Below are positions 1 through 6,322 of a DNA stretch of 11,370 nucleotides, one piece after another (positions within the stretch are counted from its first letter, which is position 1; the number at the start of each line of letters is the position of its first letter). The position numbers and the translations under genes were made by a program. Source of the DNA: a virus (taxonomy: Duplodnaviria; Heunggongvirae; Uroviricota; Caudoviricetes). The notes under the pieces were generated by a model. The model saw only the letters and a list, made by a program, of their open reading frames with translations, had not been told where the DNA came from and did no database searches. The stretch is from IMG/VR virus record IMGVR_UViG_2585427766_000010, positions 1 through 11,370 of that record; one strand, 5' to 3'.

Positions 1-46
1 CCGCCCACGCAATATTGCCTTCAATTATATTGTGAGAACCGCATAA
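1..46 (+). CDS. Tail fiber protein, extreme C-terminal end only (5' part lies upstream of the window); cassette Sv_c
   Basis: Frame starting at base 2 reads RPRNIAFNYIVRTA then TAA at 44-46, matching the last 14 residues of the two minus-strand fiber cassettes (TRPRNIAFNYIVRAA, TRPRNVAFNYIVRAA). The stop overlaps the tfa ATG at 46 (TAATG). Confidence 0.6.
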   Translation, partial: RPRNIAFNYIVRTA

Positions 47-657
47 TGAATAACGCGATATTAAATGATGACCTTATTGCCGTACAGGCAGGAAACATCG
101 TCGTTTATAACTATGATGGTGAGACACGGGAATATATTTCCGAATCAACTGAATATCTTGCTGTGGGTGTCGGTATTCCGGCAAATTCCTGTTTAGATGC
201 CCCGGGCGCACATAAAGCGGGCTATGCTATCCGCCGTTCGGAGAATTTAAGTTCATGGGAGTATGCGCCAGACCATCGTGGTGAAACCGTCTATAGCACT
301 GACACGGGAAACACCGAAGAAATCACGGCGCTGGGTGACTACCCGAAAACTACAACCACTATCGCCCCGTTAACACCATACGATAAATGGGATGGTGAAA
401 AATGGGTGACAGATACTGAGGCACAACATCGTGCCGCAGTAGAAGCGGCAGAAACCAAGCGCCAGTCACTGGCTGATGCGGCAATGGCTTCCATAAGTCT
501 GATTCAGTTGAAGTTGCAGGCCGGGCGGAAGTTGACGCAGGCAGAAACCACCCGGCTTAATGCCGTGCTGGATTATATAGACGCGCTGAACGCAATGGAT
601 ATAAACATGGTACCAGATATCAACTTGCCGGAAATACCACTGGCAGCAGCCAGTTGA
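46..657 (+). CDS. Tail fiber assembly protein (Tfa; lambda Tfa / Mu U-like chaperone)
   Basis: 203-aa ORF with ATG at 46 and TGA at 655-657. Motifs typical of the Tfa family as I recall them: PDHRGETVY, KWDGEKWVTDTEAQ, and a C-terminal ...MVPDINLPEIP segment. It follows a fiber C-terminus on the same strand with start/stop overlap. Confidence 0.88.
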   Translation: MNNAILNDDLIAVQAGNIVVYNYDGETREYISESTEYLAVGVGIPANSCLDAPGAHKAGYAIRRSENLSSWEYAPDHRGETVYSTDTGNTEEITALGDYPKTTTTIAPLTPYDKWDGEKWVTDTEAQHRAAVEAAETKRQSLADAAMASISLIQLKLQAGRKLTQAETTRLNAVLDYIDALNAMDINMVPDINLPEIPLAAAS

Positions 658-663
658 ATATAA

Positions 664-1140
664 CTAAGCCGCCCTCACGATATAGTTAAATGCAATATTG
701 CGGGGGCGGGTTTCACTACCACCTGTGTTACCAATACTTCCTCGTGAATGAAGCGTTGGTGATGGAATCAAACTCCCTCCTGTATTTGTGGCATCAAGCC
801 CCCTGCCTTGTGTATATGTTTTTTTGAAAATCGTAGCCAACTCCCATTCATCTTTTGTGTCATATCCATCGTTAGCTACAACAATATGGCGGTGTTTTTC
901 CAACATCCCGTTTTGAATGCTCAATAAAGCGCGTGCCGCATCAATTCCTCGCCCATCATCCCAGCCACGGATAAATTCACCGCGTAAATCCGGTAATTTA
1001 TTGGTGGGGTAGGCCTTTGCCAGATTGGGGTACATTTCAGAAGAAAATGCTGCACCGTTACATTTCAGCCAGCCCGTTGGTGGTGTGGCTGAGGGCCATG
1101 GAACAGGCACACCAACGGGCAGTGCAGAGCCTTCCCCCAA
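664..1140 (-). CDS. Alternative tail-fiber C-terminal cassette (Sv_b): promoterless, start-less copy of the fiber distal domain
   Basis: The open frame runs from a stop at 1162-1164 down to TAG at 664-666. The track start at 1140 is a TTG with no Shine-Dalgarno upstream. The first ~65 aa (GLGEGSALPVGVPVPWPSATPPTGWLKCNGAAFSSEM...LPDLRGEFIRGWDDGRG) are near-identical to residues ~219-285 of the upstream fiber; the middle diverges; the last 15 aa are conserved again. Confidence 0.6.
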   Translation of the reverse strand: MGEGSALPVGVPVPWPSATPPTGWLKCNGAAFSSEMYPNLAKAYPTNKLPDLRGEFIRGWDDGRGIDAARALLSIQNGMLEKHRHIVVANDGYDTKDEWELATIFKKTYTQGRGLDATNTGGSLIPSPTLHSRGSIGNTGGSETRPRNIAFNYIVRAA

Positions 1141-1145
1141 ACCAA
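926..1145 (-). repeat. Direct repeat copy A (~220 bp), 5' homology block of cassette Sv_b
   Basis: Aligned by eye against 1440-1659 at a constant 514-bp offset; roughly 88-90% identical, differences mostly transitions. Homology stops abruptly at both ends. Confidence 0.8.
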
Positions 1146-1157
1146 CGTTTTCATGCG
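1132..1157. other. Candidate serine-invertase crossover site (site 2), 12-2-12 layout TTCCCCCAAACC-AA-CGTTTTCATGCG
   Basis: Sits exactly at the upstream edge of the cassette homology and spans the fiber stop codon. The left half-site matches the TTCnnnnAAACC pattern of hix/gix/cix sites as I remember them; the right half-site is degenerate. Confidence 0.4.
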
Positions 1158-2305
1158 GCTCTTACGATGTAATTAAATGCAACGTTGCGAGGGCGAGTTT
1201 CTGTACCTACATTTCCACTAATTTCACCAAACCGTCTTACATTACGAGAGCTAATGGCTCGTAGTGAGGAAGGCACCTTTAAACCGGGTTCGTCTGTTTT
1301 AACTATTCCCCCGTCCCCGTATGTAGCCAGTATTCCAGGGTTTACTCCTTCCCGTGTGCTTCCCGTGGCAAGTCCATCCCCGGTCCATAATTCCATATAG
1401 TGTGCATGATCCAAAATTGTGTGTGGCTGCCAATTAAGCAAAGCGCGGCCAGCATCCACCCCGCGCCCATCATCCCAGCCGCGAATAAATTCTCCCCGTA
1501 AATCCGGTAATTTATTGGCGGGGTAGGCCTTTGCCAGATTGGGGGACATTTCAGAAGAAAATGCTGCACCGTTACATTTCAGCCACCCCGTTGGCGGCGT
1601 GGCTGAAGGCCATGGAACGGGCACACCAACGGGCAGCGCCGAGCCTTCCCCTAAACCAAGGTAATTGAGGACTTCTTTTATACTGCCCATAGCGATAATA
1701 GCGCGACCAATAGCTGTAAGGGTTGTCAGTGCTGCGCGGTCTGCTCCGGTAAAATAAGGCAACCGATCTGCTGCAGTGGCAAGTCCTGCCAGAGCAGTGA
1801 GCGTGGCATCTGCCGGTTGTTTTCCGTTTGCCAGATCGTATGCAGCCTTGACCGCTTTCGGTGTGGCGGCCAGTATTTCAGACGTGCTGTTGATGTCACT
1901 GCTCAATTGTACGGTGCCTTTTGCCGTCAGCGAGGCAGCAGGCACTCCCGTTATCTGACTCCACGGGTGAGTATGGCTGACGGGGGCCTTGCCGGCAGCC
2001 AGGTCATATGCAGCCTTGACGGCCTTTGGTGTGGCGGCCAGCGTTTCAGAGGTGCTGTTGGTGGCACTGCTCAGTTGGGTGAACCCCTTAGCTGTCAGTG
2101 TCGCGTCCGGGTGGTTACGGGAACGTACGTGTTCAGCCAGTGACTGTGCGGCTTCCTCCGTTTTTTTCTTCAGCCATTTCGTCCTGTTTGCCAGTTGCCG
2201 GGGGGCTCGATTTGATATCCCGTCTGCACCACCCAGAACCGGATCTGATGTCTCCAGTTGATAGATATTTTCTTCCCACTTTTCTGTTTCATTCAGGTTT
2301 CCCAT
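1151..2305 (-). CDS. Tail fiber protein (Sc constant part plus Sv_a distal cassette)
   Basis: Long ORF with stop TGA at 1151-1153. Preferred start is the ATG at 2305-2303, which has GGGAG 9 nt upstream; the track start (TTG at 2311) is too close to that GGGAG to be likely. Contains two copies of the phage fiber repeat (LTAKG..QLSS...STSE.LAATPKAVKAAYDLA.GK) and a collar-like domain (WLKCNGAAF...LPDLRGEFIRGWDDGRG). Confidence 0.88.
   Translation of the reverse strand: MGNLNETEKWEENIYQLETSDPVLGGADGISNRAPRQLANRTKWLKKKTEEAAQSLAEHVRSRNHPDATLTAKGFTQLSSATNSTSETLAATPKAVKAAYDLAAGKAPVSHTHPWSQITGVPAASLTAKGTVQLSSDINSTSEILAATPKAVKAAYDLANGKQPADATLTALAGLATAADRLPYFTGADRAALTTLTAIGRAIIAMGSIKEVLNYLGLGEGSALPVGVPVPWPSATPPTGWLKCNGAAFSSEMSPNLAKAYPANKLPDLRGEFIRGWDDGRGVDAGRALLNWQPHTILDHAHYMELWTGDGLATGSTREGVNPGILATYGDGGIVKTDEPGLKVPSSLRAISSRNVRRFGEISGNVGTETRPRNVAFNYIVRAA
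1440..1659 (-). repeat. Direct repeat copy B (~220 bp), 5' homology block of cassette Sv_a inside the fiber gene
   Basis: Partner of 926-1145; same orientation, 514 bp apart. Confidence 0.8.
1646..1671. other. Candidate serine-invertase crossover site (site 1), TTCCCCTAAACC-AA-GGTAATTGAGGA, at the Sc/Sv_a junction
   Basis: Same left half-site and AA core as site 2; the right half (GGTAATTGAGGA) partly matches the GGTTTnnGAnAA pattern. Lies in the same codon phase as site 2 relative to the cassette frames (core in codon positions 2-3 of ...NYL / ...ENV before GLGEGS). Confidence 0.45.
1820..2098 (-). repeat. Tandem in-frame repeat inside the fiber shaft (two units, period 168 bp / 56 aa)
   Basis: tgcagccttgac recurs at 1841 and 2009; the encoded units LTAKGFTQLSSATNSTSETLAATPKAVKAAYDLAAGK and LTAKGTVQLSSDINSTSEILAATPKAVKAAYDLANGK match the common phage tail fiber repeat. 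Confidence 0.75.
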
Positions 2306-2307
2306 AA

Positions 2308-2886
2308 TCAACTGCTCCCGTGGTTATAACTGCCATCATGGATGGCGGTATTGTTATAGCGAATGGCCACAGACTGATACTCCAGGCTGGCCAGATGGCA
2401 GCGGGCCGGTGCAAATGCAGCCAGCGTCTGACGCAGCATCGCGGCCTGATCGTTAGTAATGGGCTGTTTCAGAATAACGCGATAAACTGCCCAGGCGGCT
2501 GCATCTCCATGAACAAACAGTCCGTTATAGCTGCGATTGCCGTCGTAACTGAGACGACCTGTGCCTTCAATCAGATCCACTTCACCAAAGCCAAAACGGC
2601 GGATAACTTCCCGGATTGACCACGGCGTCCCTTTATACCGGTGCAGTTCGATGGCTGCTTTTATAAGCATGCGGCGAACATCGTCCGATTCCGCCAGCTC
2701 CCAGCCATCGCCAGACAGTGAGAACTGCTCGCCCAGCCATGGCAGCGCGGAACTGTCGACGATATCGACGAGAAAGACCATCAGTACGCTCAGGTCGATG
2801 TTATCCAGCCGTCCTGCCAGTCTTCCCAGCGTCCTGAGACTGATATCACCCTCAAGCGGTGGCGGGAGTTGTAATGGCTCAGTCAT
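2308..2886 (-). CDS. Baseplate/tail protein, P2 gpI-like (Mu gp48-like)
   Basis: 192-aa ORF, ATG at 2886-2884 with GGAG upstream. Its stop overlaps the fiber start region and its start overlaps the gpJ 3' end by 8 bp. Size and position (between the J-like gene and the fiber) fit gpI. Confidence 0.8.
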   Translation of the reverse strand: MTEPLQLPPPLEGDISLRTLGRLAGRLDNIDLSVLMVFLVDIVDSSALPWLGEQFSLSGDGWELAESDDVRRMLIKAAIELHRYKGTPWSIREVIRRFGFGEVDLIEGTGRLSYDGNRSYNGLFVHGDAAAWAVYRVILKQPITNDQAAMLRQTLAAFAPARCHLASLEYQSVAIRYNNTAIHDGSYNHGSS

Positions 2887-3982
2887 CAGACACTCCAGTC
2901 ATGTTAAGAGTGATTGCCGTACAGTTTGCCCATTCGTTTTCTGCCACCACCCGCAGTGCCGGTGTCACCAGTTCAACCTGGTACACCCCGGAAACGGACA
3001 ATGCACTGATAATCTGGCTGGGGACAATATCGCGCCCCAGCGTGGCGGCACGTGATGCCACCCAGTTCTGTATGGCGCTGTTAGCGGCATCTTTTACAGA
3101 CCTGGCATCCTGATCACGATAGATCGTAATCTTGGCTTCAATGGTGTAATCCACCTTCACTGGTGTTTTAGCCCGCACTGTATCAGTGAGTGGCCTGACT
3201 TTCTCATCAGAGCAGAAACTCTCTACCAGCGTGAGAACACCGCCGTCCGGCAGACCGGTACTGAGCAGCGGATACAGATCTACGGTCCCGGGAACCGGGG
3301 AAAGCACAGCAACATCGACAATGTTGGGATGGGCCTGCATGGCATGAAAGCGGTATGCGCCACGGCTTCCGGCATTGGTGAATGACTCCGGGGCCAGCCT
3401 GATACGCTCCCGGAGCCTGTCATCGTCTTCCTGTTCTGAACCGCCGGAACTGGCCGTCAGATTGCTCACCAGCAGGTCGACGTTATCAATCTCATCGAGT
3501 AACTGACTGACCTGCGCAGGTTGCCAGCCGTTACCAGCGGTACCGGGTTCGGTACAGGTGGACGTGACATTGACCAGCAGCAATCCGGCCTTCAGTACCA
3601 CATCTGTATCGGTGGCAAAAATAACGCTGTCGGAAGCGCTGACGCGGGTGCCTGCCGGGATCAGCACATCAATGGCCAGTGCCTCATCTACGGAGAACTG
3701 GAGCGTGGTAGTGGCAGGCTGCGCGGCAAGACGGTATACACCGACCAGTTCACCGAGGTAATCAATCATCGGCTCACGGGCAAAGGCGACCAGATTCTGC
3801 TTTGCTGCCTCCTGTACCGCAACCCTGACCAGCATTTCGCGATAGGCCCACAGATCAATCAGCAGACGTTCTGCCTGTGCCGGGTACAGCGTTTTGCCGG
3901 TATCCGCTTCATACTTCGCAATCATTTCTGCCGTGATTTTGTCGGCATCGCGTTCAATAAAATCGGGTTCTGTCAGCGCCAT
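2879..3982 (-). CDS. Baseplate J-like protein (P2 gpJ / Mu gp47 family)
   Basis: 367-aa ORF, ATG at 3982-3980 with AGGAG upstream. Position between W-like and I-like genes and size are typical of baseplate wedge J proteins. Confidence 0.85.
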   Translation of the reverse strand: MALTEPDFIERDADKITAEMIAKYEADTGKTLYPAQAERLLIDLWAYREMLVRVAVQEAAKQNLVAFAREPMIDYLGELVGVYRLAAQPATTTLQFSVDEALAIDVLIPAGTRVSASDSVIFATDTDVVLKAGLLLVNVTSTCTEPGTAGNGWQPAQVSQLLDEIDNVDLLVSNLTASSGGSEQEDDDRLRERIRLAPESFTNAGSRGAYRFHAMQAHPNIVDVAVLSPVPGTVDLYPLLSTGLPDGGVLTLVESFCSDEKVRPLTDTVRAKTPVKVDYTIEAKITIYRDQDARSVKDAANSAIQNWVASRAATLGRDIVPSQIISALSVSGVYQVELVTPALRVVAENEWANCTAITLNMTGVSDD

Positions 3983-4320
3983 AGCAGCTCCTGAGTCCGG
4001 GTCTGTCCGTCTGAGCCTTTCCAGCTCACCCGGAGCGTAAGATGTTCGCCGTCGACGGCGGGTTTAACTGACATAAGCTGGCAGCGGGGCTCCCAGCGCC
4101 GGATGGCATCGACGGATTCGCGCACCACATGCGGAATGGCCCGGTCTACAGGCCAGTCGATATAAAGATGCAGATTGCTGCCGAACTCCGGGCGATGCGG
4201 GTCGCTGCCGCGGGGAGTCCGCAGGATAATTTGAATCGCCTGCCGGATATCATCCAGCCCCCGGACAATTTCGCCGGGAGCCTGCAGGGTCGGTTGCCAG
4301 AATACTGAGGTTGTTTTCAT
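3973..4320 (-). CDS. Baseplate wedge protein, GPW/gp25-like (P2 gpW / Mu gp46 family)
   Basis: 115-aa ORF, ATG at 4320-4318. Size and the ...IRQAIQIILRTPRGSDPHRPEFGSNLH... segment resemble the GPW/gp25 family; overlaps the J-like gene by 10 bp. Confidence 0.8.
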   Translation of the reverse strand: MKTTSVFWQPTLQAPGEIVRGLDDIRQAIQIILRTPRGSDPHRPEFGSNLHLYIDWPVDRAIPHVVRESVDAIRRWEPRCQLMSVKPAVDGEHLTLRVSWKGSDGQTRTQELLWR

Positions 4321-4338
4321 GGGGGCAGTATTGCCCCC
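4321..4338 (-). other. Perfect 7-bp-stem hairpin (GGGGGCA-GTAT-TGCCCCC) directly abutting the gpW start codon
   Basis: Inverted repeat read directly in the 54-bp gpV-gpW gap. There is no downstream U-tract on the transcribed strand, so it is not a canonical terminator. Confidence 0.35.
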
Positions 4339-4374
4339 GTGCGGGAACGCTGATATTAAAGGCGTTTAAAAAGC

Positions 4375-4971
4375 TCAGTGGGAGTGGTGGCTGGAGTTTT
4401 CGCCATCAGACAACATACTGCCCGTGGCATGGGCATTCCCTTTAATCTCGATATTGCCATGGATGGTCGCGGTAACCCCTTCACCACCAGAACCCGCCAT
4501 GCCTCCTTCGTAAATCAGCTTACCCCTGACACGCAGATCTCCGGTAAGTTCGGTTTCCGGTGCGTCAATCGTGGCTTTCTGTGTTTTCAATACCACATCA
4601 GCACCACACTCAATGACAATATGCTCAATGCCGCCCCGGATGGTCAGAGTGTGCGTCTTCCGGTTGTAGCTGTACTCTGCACCATCAGCAAACCGGGTTC
4701 CCCGGATATTTTTGTCACTGAACGGTGGTTTATCGACGTCTGAATACACCGCGCCCAGAATAACACCATCCTCGCCGTTGGCATCGAGCAGCACCTCAAC
4801 CTGCTCCCCCACGTCAGGGAGCCAGTAATCTTTGTTATCCTGGGTATTGCGCTGCAGCACGTTAAGCCAGTTTGTGCGCAGGTTATCGCATTCAGGCAGA
4901 CGAACGCGGGCCTGAACCCTGTCGGCATCAACGGCACTGACCGTACCGACCTGACGAGTGACACCAGTCAT
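4375..4971 (-). CDS. Baseplate assembly/spike protein V (P2 gpV / Mu gp45 family)
   Basis: 198-aa ORF, ATG at 4971-4969 with AAGGAG upstream and ATGA overlap with the gpD-like stop. The ...WLPDVGEQVEVLLDANGEDGVILGAVYSD... N-domain and a C-terminal spike region resemble gpV. Confidence 0.82.
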   Translation of the reverse strand: MTGVTRQVGTVSAVDADRVQARVRLPECDNLRTNWLNVLQRNTQDNKDYWLPDVGEQVEVLLDANGEDGVILGAVYSDVDKPPFSDKNIRGTRFADGAEYSYNRKTHTLTIRGGIEHIVIECGADVVLKTQKATIDAPETELTGDLRVRGKLIYEGGMAGSGGEGVTATIHGNIEIKGNAHATGSMLSDGENSSHHSH

Positions 4972-6122
4972 TTTTTCTTCTCCTTAATCACCGTCGATGT
5001 ACTGCCATCCGGGTGATAAACCGTGAGTTTCTGAGTTTTTTGTTTTTTCCCTCTTGTGACTGGCCCCCGTGCCACTTCCAGCTCTGTGGTGTAGCCGCTG
5101 TTACGGTCAAACGCATGGCGGGCAGTGGTTATGAGCCATGGCCCGGATAACTGCCCAAAACCCACCAGTTCAATTTTGTTGCCTGCTGTCAGTTGAGGTG
5201 TTCCCGTCAGCGTCAGGGAGCCGTTCTGCTGGTATTCGTTATGTCTGGCCAGTGCTGAATCCGCTTTAATCCGGGCACTGTCCGGGTCGCTGACGCGGCT
5301 GTTAACTTTAAGTGAGTCAGCGCTGGTAACCTTACCACCTTTGAGCTTTTTGTCGCTTTCACGGGTACCACCATCAGCTTCGTAGACGATCAGTTTTTTA
5401 CTGCTGCTTTTCTGGTGTTTTACCTTTGCAGATTTATAGACCCGGTTGATGGTGTCACGCAGGGAAAAGCGGGCCACATCCTGCGGTTTTAACTGCCTGA
5501 CCGGCTCCTGACTGCGCAGTGTGGCCAGATGAGAAAAAATCAGCTGGTCACTGACCACTTTCACTGCATAACCATACTCGCTGGCCAGCCGGCGCAGAAA
5601 ACCCACGTCGGTTTCAGCATACTGGGTCACCCGGTCGATTCTGATGGACTCAATGCTGCCCACCAGTTTCAGTCGGTGCTTTCTGGCAATCCGCCCCGCA
5701 ACAGCTGCCAGCGTGGTGTTCTCAAAACCACGACTGGTTTTAGTCCGCAGGGCACTGTTAACCGAGGTGGCCACCCCACGGATAGAAACAACGGAAGCGG
5801 GCGAACTCACTTCGATCTCGTCTATAGAGAACGTACCGCAGGACAGCAGCTTCTCGCCCTGATAGCCCATTTTCAGCGTCAGCGTGTCACCCTTGCCCGG
5901 ATACCATTTATCCAGCCAGCGGCCATCGGTGTCGTCCAGCTCCACCTCAATGGTATCGGACTCATTTTTGATGTTATCGCTCCAGGTCACACGGGTGACA
6001 TAAGGCGCGATATCAGAGGTGATGTTTTTCTGCAGATACCACAAAGTGAACACCGGTGTCAGCACATCGCTGACGCCGGTTAACGCTGATGTGACTTGCG
6101 CAGTGCTGTTTATCTCAGCCAT
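4968..6122 (-). CDS. Late control gene D-like tail protein (baseplate hub; P2 gpD / Mu gp44 family)
   Basis: 384-aa ORF, ATG at 6122-6120. Size and position immediately upstream of gpV are characteristic; Lys-rich C-terminus. Confidence 0.82.
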   Translation of the reverse strand: MAEINSTAQVTSALTGVSDVLTPVFTLWYLQKNITSDIAPYVTRVTWSDNIKNESDTIEVELDDTDGRWLDKWYPGKGDTLTLKMGYQGEKLLSCGTFSIDEIEVSSPASVVSIRGVATSVNSALRTKTSRGFENTTLAAVAGRIARKHRLKLVGSIESIRIDRVTQYAETDVGFLRRLASEYGYAVKVVSDQLIFSHLATLRSQEPVRQLKPQDVARFSLRDTINRVYKSAKVKHQKSSSKKLIVYEADGGTRESDKKLKGGKVTSADSLKVNSRVSDPDSARIKADSALARHNEYQQNGSLTLTGTPQLTAGNKIELVGFGQLSGPWLITTARHAFDRNSGYTTELEVARGPVTRGKKQKTQKLTVYHPDGSTSTVIKEKKK

Positions 6123-6322
6123 GGGGCAATATCCTCTTCTGTACGGGCTTCTTCAGCCTCAATCACCGGGATCAGTAACAACAGCCCGGAGGGCAGCACC
6201 GGCGTGATGGCCACGTGCGGATTGGCGGCAATAATCCGGGGATAGCCCAGCGGGTCACCGTAGTACTGCCATGCCAGCGAATCCCAGCGCTCTCCGTCAC
6301 GGGTAACATGTTCAAGAAACAT
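6110..6322 (-). CDS. Tail protein X-like (P2 gpX family, LysM-like)
   Basis: About 70 aa. Preferred start is the ATG at 6322-6320 (the track's 6325 start is GTG). The ...WDSLAWQYYGDPLGYPRIIAANP...LPSG...IPVIE pattern resembles gpX; 1-bp overlap with the upstream gene's stop (TGATG). Confidence 0.7.
   Translation of the reverse strand: MFLEHVTRDGERWDSLAWQYYGDPLGYPRIIAANPHVAITPVLPSGLLLLIPVIEAEEARTEEDIAPWLR

Noticed and set aside
664-1140. Treating 664-1140 as an independent gene starting at the TTG given in the ORF track
   Set aside because: No Shine-Dalgarno upstream of that TTG, the frame is open further upstream to 1161, and the start coincides with the crossover-like site. It is kept in the feature list as a silent cassette, not as an autonomous gene.
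1222-1247. Third AAACC-containing motif (TTCACCAAACC GT CTTACATTACGA) inside the Sv_a distal region
   Set aside because: Half-site spacing is off by one relative to sites 1 and 2 and it is not at a homology boundary; most likely chance.
926-1659. Possibility that the two ~220-bp repeats are the template and variable repeats of a diversity-generating retroelement
   Set aside because: Mismatches between the copies are ordinary transitions spread over all four bases, not adenine-specific; both copies are coding 5' parts of cassettes, and no reverse transcriptase is present in the window.
1025-2307. Short ORFs on both strands inside the fiber gene and cassettes (1025-1264, 1185-1400, 1342-1569, 1776-1958, 1817-2143, 1989-2261, 2098-2307)
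   Set aside because: Alternative-frame artefacts of the fiber coding sequence; the pair 1776-1958 / 1989-2261 merely mirrors the 168-bp tandem repeat.
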